This document shows positions 1 through 12,748 of a stretch of 41,175 nucleotides of DNA, piece by piece. A model generated the notes under the pieces. It ran no database searches and had not been told where the DNA came from. It was given only the letters and a program-made list of their open reading frames with translations. The first letter of the stretch is position 1, and each line of letters begins with the position of its first letter. The stretch is from contig NW_021835292.1 in NCBI RefSeq assembly GCF_006345805.1, positions 1-41,175 of the forward strand, read 5' to 3'. The stretch comes from Octopus sinensis (taxonomy: Eukaryota). A program made the position numbers and the translations under genes.

Positions 1-200
1 AACACCCCTACACACCTTCCTTCCAAGCATTACTGTAAACAGCAGAAGAGAGCTAGCACGTTAAAACTTTAGTGTGCATGCACATCAGAGGTGAAGGCCA
101 ACCTGTGCCAAGCGCTTCACTCTGCATTCTTTACTTCATTACTATTGAAACATCCGGATACTTATTGATCAGACCACGTAGTACATGTGTGATATAATAC

Positions 201-203
201 TAC

Positions 204-238
<35 letters not shown>

Positions 239-440
239 AATATATATATATAATTATATATATAGATGTTGTGGGTGTGGTGTGTGTGTGTGTGTGTGTG
301 TGTGTGTACATATATATGTGTGTGTATGTATATATGTATATATGTAGTGTATATATGTATATAGTATATATATATATATAATGTATAATATATATATATA
401 TATATATAATATATTATACATGCACACTTACATATATATA
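201..440. repeat. Compound (TA)n/(TG)n microsatellite block
   Basis: Direct inspection. Explains the Y/I/H/T-rich ORF at 169-522. Confidence 0.95.
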
Positions 441-1061
441 GTGAATTTCTCTCCTCCGCCTGTTTCAACTTTATATTTATCAATATTGTTATCAATTTTT
501 TTTTTACTTTCATTAATTCCATTTCTACTTTCAGTCTTGAAATAGTAATTTTTTTTAATCACACACACCTTGTATGTTGATGGAGTTGCTTCTGGATTTT
601 TATCTCTGTTTTCTTCTTTTTTTTTTTGCTTCTACTTGACGCTCTTTCTCTGTCTCTGTCTGTCTCTCTCTCTGTCTCGCTTTCTCTCTCCCTCGCTCTC
701 CTGCTCTCTCAACATCTATCTTCATTCTCCCCCCTCTCTCTCTCTCTGCTCCACTCCCCTTCCTTTTCTGTCTTTCTCTTTCTCACTCACTCTCTTCATC
801 TTCACCCTTTTTCTCTTGCTACATTTCCTATTGCGTTCCTTCTTTATGTTCCATCGATTATTCTTTTCTCCATATCCCATTAACATAATTTAATAAAACA
901 ATATATTTCGAGCTAAAATCCCGCATACATTAGCCAACAAAAGAGCCTCAAGAAACAAGAAAACCTCCTCACACTCCACGGAATATGCAAAATGCTCTGT
1001 TGCAAATGAGAAGCTATTCTGACAAGGTACATTCGAATTGTATCTAATTAAAGCTAATTCT

Positions 1062-1403
1062 GAGAACTCCTTCGGTCACGACACTGACCATGGGACTGCA
1101 CGTAAAAAGTTACACTCCCAGGCACAAGTCCAGGAAAGGTTGTTCATGGAAGACCAGCAGTCACCCATGCACATCAGCCCCCCTCCCCACTCCACGCCAC
1201 TAGTGTTATCCAAAGGAAAGGCAAAGGCTGATACAGCTTGGGACCAGTGACGTCGCAACTCATTTCTACAGCTGAGTGGACTGGAGCAACGTGAAATAAA
1301 GTGTCTTGCTCAAGAACACAACATGTAGCCCGGTCCGGGATTCGAGCTCACAACCTCACGATTGTAAGCTCGACGTTCTAACCACTGAGCCATGTGCCTT
1401 CAC
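1062..1403 (-). mobile_element. tRNA-derived SINE
   Basis: Minus strand begins GTGAAGGCACATGGCTCAGTGGTTAG (A box TGGCTCAGTGG) with a B-box-like CTCGAATCCC. This is followed by GTGTTCTTGAGCAAGACAC, a central-domain motif common in invertebrate SINEs. The 3' boundary is approximate. Confidence 0.8.
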
Positions 1404-2854
1404 TTCAAAGCTAATTATTATACATATATTTCTTCTCTGGACTATCGTAATTATTTACATGATCATTTATTTTGTTATTCTATTATTTTACTTGCTTTAT
1501 CCATCCGAGTCTGGCCATGTCAGAGCATCGCCGTCACATCTTCTTTGGACTCACGTACAGTATTTGATCCAATGTGAGCTTGTTCGATGTTGTAGTTATT
1601 GTCTGTCTCTACCGCTGCTATATAAGCGCCCATGGATTATAATGACATCAGCTCCACGTATATCCATCATACTTTTAGGGATAATACCGAGAGCTCTACG
1701 ATGACATTAATATTCAGTCTTAATACGTTTCGGAAGAGTCGAACACTGTCGTATTCCTTCATTGGCGAACACCTCCTTTCAGCTGAATGCTTTCTACACA
1801 TTCTCGATTCATTGGAGTAAAAGGACTGAGGTACTTGGTGTTTCTACCTTGTTACGTCACCTCAGCCAAAGCTGTAACAAGCTAATGAATTAACAAGAAT
1901 TTTTGGCTCTTGTTTATAAATTCAGAAAACAAATTATTTCCTGGTGCCTGCTGATAATAAATCATCGTGTGCACAGTGAGCCACGAGAATCAGAACACTG
2001 GCATATATATTCATTCTTAATAAGTTCTGCCAGATTCGAACGTCACGGGGGCTCTGGTCCGTCGAAACGCAAATATTTAACTAACGAGAATAATTTAGTA
2101 GTTGTGTTGGAGCAAGGTTCAAGTTTATAGTGAAGTGAGGTGAGACAACGACGCTGTTTCGATCTCCTTTGAAATCATTCGATTTTATGTCAGTAATAGC
2201 TTTGATAAAAAGCATAAACATCCTCTGTCCCTATTTCTGCACTGCCTCGGTGTTAATTCACATTTAGACATAGTCAAACAGCAATTATGGAAACGCTTCA
2301 TTAGTATTCCTTGTTGGCCCCTCCATCTCCTAAATTGGAATCCTCTCCAGGATTAACTTTATTTTTTATTATCATATCCTCCTTCAGAACTTCACATGTG
2401 TCATCTTTTGAACTAACTAATTCATTAATTAAGAAAACTAATTGATAAATTTTATGAGCCGTACTCTATCTTTAAGTGAATCGACGTTTTAATTTTTATC
2501 TGTTGTGTCTCTACACCAATAAAATCCACCATTTTTGGGCGACTATTTTGTATAATCACTTAAGAGACTTAATGCAATTACTGTAAGTCCTTTACACTTC
2601 ACTGAACCTTTCTAAGCGGTCAGGGCATTAAAGAAGAGGGATTGGGACATTTTTGCTGCTGTTTATTTTACGAGCATTGAAGCAAAACCATTGAAAATGG
2701 ATTTTGTTAATGACAATCATAATAAAATAATTTCTCACACTGACAAAAGACCACAAATTTTAGAGAGGCTGTCTCTGGTCGATTCAATTGATTCCAATAG
2801 CTGTCTAGTACATTATTGAATGTGGCTGGACGAATGACTGAATGGAGACATGAA

Positions 2855-3015
2855 TGGATGGATGGATGGATGGATGGATGGATGGATGGATGGATGGATG
2901 GAAGAGAGGATGGATGGATGAGTGGATGGATGGATGGAGGGAGGGAGAGATGGATGGATGGATGGATGGGGGGATAGAATGGGAGTGGATAGAATGGGAG
3001 TGGATATAATGGATG
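2855..3015. repeat. (GGAT)n microsatellite
   Basis: Direct inspection. Confidence 0.95.
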
Positions 3016-3129
3016 AAAAGCAAAGCTTATCTGGCTGAGTTATGAAGATAAAATGGAGAGAGGATCGAAATGCTATGCTGTACATCCTTTAATTCGACGC
3101 ACTTCTGCGTGTTCCATACTGATACATAC

Positions 3130-3799
<670 letters not shown>

Positions 3800-4180
3800 T
3801 ATATTTATATATACATATACACACACACACATATATATATATATACATATACACACACATGCACATATTTATATATATATATATATACATTTATACAGAT
3901 AAACATGCATATATATATATATACAGGTAAACGTATATATATATAGTGGGGAAATAGAAAGAAAGAGAGAGAGGTTTGAGGAAAGATTAGATAGAGAGAG
4001 AAAGAGAGATGTTTCTTTTCAATTTGATGTAGTCCATTCATTGAAATTTCATTACAAAACATTTTTATTTTCTTTCTCCTTTCAGAAACAACATTATAGT
4101 ATAATGTTTTCTCGTCATCCATCGTCATACTATAAAAAATTATAAAAATTTATTTCCTCTCTGATTTGGAGAAAATTTTT

Positions 4181-4236
4181 CATAGGACTAGGCTCAAGTT
4201 GATGAAAGATTGACCAGAGAGGAAAGTGTTTGTCTC
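4181..4236 (-). mobile_element. Internally deleted micro-fragment of the Tx1-like LINE ORF2 end
   Basis: CATAGGACTAGGCTCAAG is joined to TTGATGAAAGATTGACCAGAGAGGAAAGTGTTTGTCTC. Both halves match the LINE copies at ~5277-5443 and ~19278-19453. Confidence 0.75.
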
Positions 4237-4260
4237 TCAAATATATGTATATAATATATA

Positions 4261-4317
<57 letters not shown>

Positions 4318-4630
4318 TATATAGGTATAGGACGTCACAAGACGTAAATAACATGAAATACGAAACACGAAAACAACATGAGATACAAAGACAAACTTGA
4401 GTGGAATACAAGACAAGAATGACCCTTCATCAGTTGTCGAATGTTCATCTACGCCACATTTAGAGCATTTAACGACATATATATATACACACACATGCGT
4501 ACACAATTTCATTCACCTATATCAACATTTAGGCACACGAGAAAACACATGTGTAAACTAATGCGCAAACACACTTGTATATATACACGTACATATATAT
4601 TCATGCATATATATTTGTATGTAAATATAT

Positions 4631-4632
4631 AG

Positions 4633-4699
<67 letters not shown>

Positions 4700-4782
4700 C
4701 ATAGATAGATATATATAGATAGATAGACAGATAGATAGATAGATAGATAGATAGATATACATAGATAGATATAGATAGATAA

Positions 4783-4823
<41 letters not shown>

Positions 4824-4854
4824 AAGAAAGATAGATAGATAGATATACATAGAT

Positions 4855-4909
<55 letters not shown>

Positions 4910-4920
4910 TACATAGATAT
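4631..4920. repeat. (GATA)n array at the 3' flank of the full-length LINE
   Basis: Direct inspection. A few GATAT/GACA interruptions. Confidence 0.97.
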
Positions 4921-5265
4921 ACATTAGCCACACAGGGCTGCACACAGATAGAACAAATTACAAGGTAGAGCTTTTCTTTTGGAGGTAAAAAAAAGGGGGG
5001 GTCGATCAAAAGGGATCGTAAAAGGAGAGAAAGAGGACAAAAAAAGGGGGGGTAAAAAAAAGGGGGAGAGGAAAAAAATTGATCAATAGGGATCGTTATC
5101 ACAGAAATGTCAATATGAAGTGTAAAGGGGAGGACAGGTGAGGTTTACCCGTGGAAAGAAAAGCCTACGGAAAAGACCACGGTAACCTCGGTCAATGAAG
5201 TCACATGTTATATTTCTTTTTTTTTTTTTTGCAAATAAGCAACTCTCTGTATTAATTTTTACGGT

Positions 5266-8200
5266 TCATAGAATCATAGTCAAGGTGGCTTCGTCATTCA
5301 TACGTGCCATCCTTGCTACATTCACCCATCTTTTTTTAAAACATTCACTAGACAAAACTTGCCTCTCTACTCTCACTTTTTTCTTCAAGTGATACTTGAA
5401 GAAGTTGATGAGAGATTGACCAGAGAGGAAAGTGTTTGTCTCTAATCCTTTCAGACGCGTCCACCAGATACATTCTTTCGCCATAGCCACAAGTATGATA
5501 AAAATAGCTCTTCCTTCCCGTTTGAAGGAAGGAGGCGTGACGATATAACGATAGACTCGGCTGATAAACCGACACGTCCCACACGTGACAGCAGTCGTTC
5601 GACATAAGCCCACAGGTGGGAAATTGCTGGACACTGCACGATTGCGTGCAGAGCGGTTTCGTCGCTCTGCCCGCATCTCGGGCAGGTCGGCCCCGTGTTT
5701 CTCGAGCCATGCCTATAGAGCTTATCCGAACGGGTAGCGCTTCTCGGTAGCACCGCCAGGCCAGGGATCTCTGGAAGTTGTCCATAGGTCCCGGGCCGAA
5801 AGTCGTTTGAAACAGGCGGGTCAGGTATTCCTCGTCGACGCCCAGGTTTGCCCCGAGCTCGTCGTCGTACCTCCCCTCCACTAATCCCCTATAGAATGCT
5901 GGTTGTGTTGAAGTCACTCAAGGTCGACCCGGGACGGCAGAGTTGCTTGAGAGCAACGCGACACTCGCGGTGCCATTCGCCCTTCTTCGGCCTCTTTTTG
6001 ATCCACGACTGTAGTTCGGTCATGGAGACGAGTTGCGGGAATGCGTGCCTCACAAACGGCGACCACACCTGTTCACCGTCGTCTACATAGAGCCGGAGAT
6101 GTCGCAGTCTCAGCGCGTGTCTGCGCATCATCAACCACGGCATGCCCAGCCCTCCTTTTAACGGGTGTTGACAGCAAATGGATCGCCTGACCATCGGGAC
6201 GCATCCTTTCCACAAGAAGCGGAAGAGGATGCGTTCTAGTTTGGTGATGGTAGGGTCGGGACAAGGTACGACGGTCAGGCGGTAGTAGATGATGGACGCG
6301 ATGTACGCGTTCACCACCTCCGCCCGACCTTTTAGGGACAGTTTCCTCTCGGCCCATTGCTGGGCGAGAGTGACCACCCTACTCGTTATCTCGTTCCAGT
6401 TCTTCTCCATTTGGAGGTCCGGACCGAACCAGACCCCGAGCAACTCAACCGGGCCGTCTGTCCAGCGTCCCACGACGGAGGTACTGGTGGACGGCATGGG
6501 CTTGCTTCTCCAGGTGCCGAGCCGCAAGCCCACTGACTTTTCCCGGTTGATTTTTGCTCCTGTCACCGCTTCGTAGTCTTTCAGTGTCTCGCCGACCGCT
6601 CGATGTGCTCGTGGCTTGACACTATGACGGTGACGTCGTCCGCGTATGCAGACACGCTCGTCCCGCATCCTAATTCTCGCGGGATGCCCCTCAGAGTCGC
6701 CAGCTTCCGCAGTAGTGGCTCAAGAGTCAATACGTATAGAAGCGCCGAGAGGGGGCATCCCTGACGGACCGAACGTGCAATGTCGAAGGGTCTCGATAGA
6801 TGTCCATTTACGCGAATTACCGAACGGATGCCTCTGTACAAGGCAGCTATCCAGCCGCGGAAGACGGGACCGAAACCAGCCGCTCTCAGGACTGCCTCCA
6901 AGTATCGATGGTCTACCCTATCAAAGGCTTTCGATTGATCCAAGTTGATCAGGGCCCCACCCATGCCAGGTTCGTTAACTACCCTGTCTATGATGTAGCG
7001 CATCAGATGGAGGTTGTCATGGATGCTCCGGCCCGGCACGGCGCACGTTTGTGCGTTGTCGACCAGTTTCTCCATGACAAGCGCCAACCTCTTGGCTAAC
7101 ACCTTTGTCAAAATTTTCAGGTCTGCATTGAGCAGAGTGATTGCCTAAAGTTATCTATAATGTTTCCCTTGTTTGGATCTTTCTTCAGCAGAGTTACAGC
7201 TCCTCGACTCACAAAACCGGGTATGCTCCCGTTTTGCTGCCAGTTGCAGTATACCGCTGCCAAGACGTCTCCAAACAAGTCTGGCATACAATAGTAAAAT
7301 TCGTAGGGTAGACCATCCAACCCGGTGATTTGTCCCTCGAGCATTCTGCCATCGCTTCCCGCACTTCCGCCGCCGTGATGGCACCTTCGCAGCACCCTGC
7401 CTTTCTTGTCGAGAGTCGTGGCAGGCTATGTAGGTAGGCACTGAAGTCTACCCTACGTTCTTGCCCTCCACTCGTCCCGAACAGTCGGGCAAAATGCTGC
7501 TGAAAGGCCTCACACATTTTACTTGGCTCGAGCAATTCGCGCCCCTGTTCATCTACCAGTGACCGAATGGTGGCTTTGTTGCCCTGTTGCGCCTCTGCCA
7601 CCCGGGCCTCTCTCGCGGCTCCAACACCTTCGTTCCTTAGAGCACGCATCCTAGCTCTGACAGCACATCCTTCGTGTTTGGCGTTGAAGTGTTGGTCGAG
7701 GGCCAACCTCGCCGCCAAAACGTCGGATGCGATGCCGCTTCTAATTGCCTCTTCTAGCTTCTTAACTAGCTCACCCTCTACTCTATTTTTATCTATGGCT
7801 AGTGCTTTGCTGTACCTAATCGCTTCTGCTTTTACTGCTCTCTTGAGGGCAAACCACCATTTGTTGTTGATGATGGCTCCCGTCAAAGCCCTCTTTACTA
7901 GTGTGCTAATCCGGTCTCTGAAAACTTGTCTGGACGGGAATGATGCGTTCAGTTTCCAGTACCCAGGACCCTGTCTATGTGCCTTATCTAAGTCTAGCGT
8001 ACACGTCACCAATTTGTGATCCGTGTAGCTGACTGTGTGGAATTGTGGACATCCTAAGTTATCCTTGTCTACTGTCCTACACAGTATCCTATCTAGATAC
8101 GATCTCGACGACCCACTGCGGTTGCTCCATGTCCACGTTGGTGCATTTGGGTGGTCGAGTCGGTACCTGTCAGACAGTTGGAATCGTCTGAGCAGGTCTC

Positions 8201-8696
8201 TGAGGCATTTGCATCCCCTTCTGTTTCTGTCTCTACCCACGTAGTCTACATGCGTGTCCAAGGTAGCATTCCAATCCCCCACTAAGAGTAAAGGACGAGA
8301 CGTTCCCAAGAATACTTCTAGACGTCGAAAGAAATCCGCCCGACCTGTTAAGGGCGGTGCGTAGACTGATACGAGTCGAAAAGCGCACCCATTGCTGCCG
8401 TCAACATCCAGAACGATCAGTCTACCCTCCGGGTCTACGAATATCGTCTTGACTTCGAGATCCAGGCTCTTGTGAAAAAGTACCGCGGTGCCACTACCGC
8501 CCATCCTCGGCAGACAGGGAGCGAAATAAATGTTAAACTGTCCGCCAAACATGGACTTTAGGGCCCGTGGCTCGTGGAGTCTGGTCTCACTTATGGCTAT
8601 GATTCCCAAATCATGTGACTTGATGTCATTTAGGAGGTATCCTTGTTTCCAAGGAGACCCCAAGCCACGCGCATTCACACAACCAATCTTGACCAT
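5266..8696 (-). pseudogene. LINE ORF2 (APE endonuclease, reverse transcriptase, C-terminal CCHC), ~1140 aa, six frameshifts
   Basis: APE motifs: KIGCVNARGL, AISETR, VSVYAP, LVGDWNA, YLDRI, TDHKLV. RT motifs: SPGLDGLPYEFY, PITLLNADLKIL, LDQSKAFDRV, VRQGCPLS, YADDVT, INREKS, LLGVWF. C-terminal motif: CPRCGQSDETALHAIVQC. Stitched from track ORFs 7209-8696, 7117-7395, 6581-7111, 5889-6668, 5348-5917, 5451-5753 and 5266-5676. Confidence 0.93.
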
Positions 8697-8746
8697 GATT
8701 CTATTGGGGTGTGTGCTTTAAAACACACAAATGAAAGTACAGAGAG

Positions 8747-10465
8747 TTACTTACTTGTGTCGAAAGTTTTGGCTTCCTCGTTCTTTGATGTGTCTTCGAG
8801 GAGGTTTCTATATAGTTTTTGGGACAGATATTTCTGGAAACCCCCTACAGCATTTGGGAAGAGGGCTTTGAGTTTGTGGTGTTGTGTTTGTGTGATGTGT
8901 AGTATTTTGATGTGTTTGGGTGGTGTAGTGCGTGGATGATTGCTATTTTTAAAGTCATCTTCACAAATGTTTGTGTATCTGTGATGTACTCCATTAGTTG
9001 GGAGTCTTTTGTGTCTATCGCTGATAGCATTGTTTTTTGGTGTTGGTGCTTGTTTTGTTGTGTATGGAGTTTTCAGGGTTCAGGTATCTCCCTGCTTTGG
9101 TTGCGATTTCTTGTTTGGTTTTTCTTGATCTTTTTCTTTTACCCCCTGTGGCTATTTGCCATTCTGTCGAACTTTCATCGTTAGATGAAAAGTCTGACGA
9201 ATCAGCAGGGGGCAAGGGTAAAGCGTCTGGGTGTGTTTGTGCGGTTGTAGATATTGTTGTGGTGCGCGGGGAGGGTGTTGCTGGGGGTTTGTTGTGGTTA
9301 TTGTCTCTCCTACATCCTTGGTGCTTGTCTTCTTCGTTGTTATTCTTGGTGTTGGAATTGGTTATTTGTTGTTGGTGGTGATGATTCTGTTTTGGCGCTG
9401 GTGTTGGTGTTGTTTGGTTGGGTTGGCTTGTTCTTTGTTGTTTTTCCTGCATTTCCGCATACAGCTTCTTGACTAGCTGTCCATATTGTGGTGTGGGCAA
9501 TAATCCTGGCTTTTGTGATTTTTCCTGTGGCTGTTGTTGTTGTTGTAATTTTGCGGCAGATTTGCACTCCTTTTTGAGGTGTGCCTCACTGCCACATGTA
9601 TAGCATCGTGGCCTTCTGCCCTCGACTACTACGTATAACTTGCGGCCATCCTCAAGATGTACGTGGGTGGGGATTTTATTATGTCCTCTTGACTTATGTG
9701 GAAGAGGAACTCTATTCTCTTTCCCAGCCAGTCCTTGTTTTCCGAAACACCGATATCTAGGATGTTTAAGTCCTCCATTTCGGATGTTAAGGCGGATGTT
9801 ATCCACAGTGTTGTAGTCACTTGGGGGACACCACTGATAATGACTTTCGTCACCTTCTGGCCGAGGTACTCGGTGTCAACGTTAGTTCATCAGAATGAAG
9901 GGTTATCGTTGAGAATTTCTTGCCAACTCTTCATTCTGAAAAACCACCTGTACGTGTGCGAACTTGTTCGCCCAAGTCACACAATCCTTGTATCCCCAGA
10001 TGGGGCGTAAGCACTTTTCGACTTTGTCTGTGCTTGCCTTTTCTGGACTTTTGTTTTTTTATTTGTGATTTTATATACAATTGTCTTTTTTTTCTCCTCA
10101 TTCAGTATGTGCTGAGGTATGTGTAAGAGTATTTTTCCGTTTTGATTTGTAATAAGGTTTCTGCAATCTTTAATCTGTTGTGTAGTAAACGAAACTTTTG
10201 TTACCTTTTCTTTTATCGCCTCGGCGAAGTTTGTTGTTGTTTTGTTATTGTTGTTACTGCCGGTGGTGTTGGTGTTGATGGCAGGGGTGTGGGTTGTAGG
10301 TTTGTGGTTGCTGATTATGCAACTAGCAAGGGGTGGGAAATTGCCTGCGTAATTTAGTCCTGCATTAGCGCAATTTCGGCATTTCGTTTGCTTGTCGTCG
10401 TTATTTTTTCACTTGTTGGTGATGGAGTGAGCAGTGGTTGAAGGGAATTGTTGTTGTCGTCGTCG

Positions 10466-10499
<34 letters not shown>

Positions 10500-10861
10500 A
10501 TTGTCGTTCTTGGTGACGGCGGTGGTGTTAGTAGTATTAGTAGCATTGACGGCACGGTCTTTGGTGGCGGTGATGGTGTGTTGGTATTGTTATTGGTGGC
10601 GATGTCTTTAGTAGGGATAGTAGTTTTAGTAGCAGATTCTGCCATGGTGTTGTTGTCGGTGTTGGTGGTGGACTTACTGATGGTGTTGACGGTGCTTGGC
10701 CTTGCGACCTTTGTTTTGTATTTGTTGCTGTTGTCGATGTTGATGGTGGTGGAGGTGGTGGTGTTGTTGTCAGGTTCGGCGTATGCTAACAGAGCATCCT
10801 GTTTTTCTGTCTCTGCGTCACGCTTGACTTGCACCTCAGCCTCGTGGTGACCAGTGGCCAT
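8747..10861 (-). pseudogene. LINE ORF1 (gag-like RNA-binding protein with zinc knuckle), ~700 aa, frameshifted
   Basis: Starts ATG GCC ACT GGT (MATGHHEAEV...). T/N-rich N-terminus, then an RRM-like middle region (VQVVFQNEELA...VTKVIISGVP) and a perfect CX2CX4HX4C knuckle (CYTCGSEAHLKKEC). Q/T/N-rich tail ends ...EEAKTFDTSK*, 50 nt before the ORF2 ATG. Confidence 0.82.
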
Positions 10862-11080
10862 TTTGGAAATAAAATGGCTAAATGAAACCACGAAGGCTAT
10901 GAGAATTTTTTCTTTTAAATTTTGCCCACAAGGGGCAAAATTTTGTGTAGATATTTATCAAAGGTTTGCAGTGGATGTTGTTGCACAACTTTTAAACACA
11001 AAATATTTGTCAATATACACTTTTGAACGTATAAAAATACCAACTTACGTGGAGCCCATTTGATTTGCGTCTGTCTGTCC

Positions 11081-11199
<119 letters not shown>

Positions 11200-11551
11200 G
11201 CATACATACATAATACAGACAGACACAGGCACACACAAACAAAAGTACAACTGCTGACATTAATACAACTACGTAAATAGATACGAAGAGAGAGATTCAT
11301 TCCCACCGATTCGCTGTCGTTATGATGAAAATGTAATCAAGCAGAGAATTGCGTTGTTTCTCTTATAATGCAGAAACTCTGCTTAATGACTTCGCCACAG
11401 ATAAAGGATACACATAAGCCGTACTTAGCAAACGTGTGTGTTGTGTGTGTGTGTATGTGTGTGTACATATATATATGTATATTTATATGTGTGTATATAT
11501 ATATTGATATATATATATGCATGTATATACATATGTATATATATATGCATG

Positions 11552-11582
<31 letters not shown>

Positions 11583-11759
11583 TATATATATATATATACA
11601 CAACATACATACCTATATACATGCAAACACACCCTCGCACAAGTATATACGTACATGCACGGAACTCTTAGCCTAGGAGTCACTCTAGTTTTTGCTGATT
11701 AAAAGCTACATATGTATGCGTATATATATTTATATATATTTATACACACACTCACACAT

Positions 11760-11819
<60 letters not shown>

Positions 11820-11876
11820 GCTTTTGGATTTGGGTTGCATGATTCTTTAGGTGAGTTCGTGTGTTGAGGCATATTC

Positions 11877-12140
11877 TGTTGTATCTGTGGAGAGTCATTT
11901 TATTTTTGTGCCTTATAATTTAACACATTCACCGGTAAAATTTCCATTTATTTCTTATTTTTATTTTCCTAAAATTTTCGTTGCCTCTTGCAAACTCTCC
12001 AATAGTCAAGACTATTGAAAAAATTGCAAGACGCAACGAAAATGTTTGGAGAATAGAAATAAGAAATAAGTGGAAATTTTACCGGTGAGTGTGTTAAATT
12101 ATAAGGCACAAAAATAAGATGACTCTCCACAGACACAACA
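11877..12140. repeat. 264-bp imperfect palindrome (foldback element)
   Basis: Arms are symmetric about 12008/12009 (centre AATAGTC-AA-GACTATT). For example, GGAGAGTCATTTTATTTTTGTGCCTTATAATTTAACAC pairs with GTGTTAAATTATAAGGCACAAAAATAAGATGACTCTCC. Confidence 0.92.
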
Positions 12141-12169
12141 TAATATATATATATGTGTGTGTGTGTGTG

Positions 12170-12222
<53 letters not shown>

Positions 12223-12748
12223 TGTGTGTGTGTGTGTGCGTGTGTGTGTGTGTATGTATATATGTCATATCATATCATATCATATGGGTGGCTAATCCGT
12301 AATTTTACAACCTAAAGGCGGAAATATATGCATTTTGTCATTTTGGTGACGTATATATTTCTGCCTGTAGGTTGTAAATTTATACGCTTTCAATGAGTAG
12401 GAAAAAGAGGAGTATTTCCTGCAGGACCGTTTTACGAGTTCTTCGTCGCTCGTCAGGGAAGACATACCCAATCTCCTTTCCCAAACGTCAACATTGAATT
12501 TCAGCTGATATATATGGCAATAAGCAATTAAGGAATTGCCATAGTGTTAGACCTTAATTTGCATATTTTACATTTTTCGATTTTTTTCGATTATCAATCA
12601 CCTTGCCCCTAACTAGATTCAAAATCGAAATAATGATTCAAGTTATTGTTACAGAAAGTTACCCACTTTTCACAGGTCTACTTAAGATATACAATTCTGT
12701 TCAGTGACACGTTCATTAATTATATATTATTGTTACAGAAAATGAGTA

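Larger units (their letters stand above)
4924..11080 (-). mobile_element. Full-length Tx1/L1-clade non-LTR retrotransposon inserted in (GATA)n
   Basis: 5'UTR (~220 nt), ORF1 with CCHC knuckle, ORF2 with APE-RT-CCHC, and a pyrimidine-rich 3'UTR (sense strand). Both ends abut (GATA)n. The Tx1 call rests on domain order and motif style, not on a phylogeny. Confidence 0.9.

Noticed and set aside
2130-2195. Hammerhead-like GAUUUC/GAGAUC stem followed by GAAAC on the minus strand
   Set aside because: No CUGANGA at the required position, and stems I and III are not formed.
4323-4473. CUGAUGA followed by an AGGG-UCAU-UCUU hairpin on the minus strand
   Set aside because: No GAAA follows, so the core is incomplete. 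Probably a repeat fragment that I cannot classify.
5848-8244. Plus-strand ORFs overlapping LINE ORF2
   Set aside because: Antisense shadows of a GC-rich coding region with no recognisable motifs.
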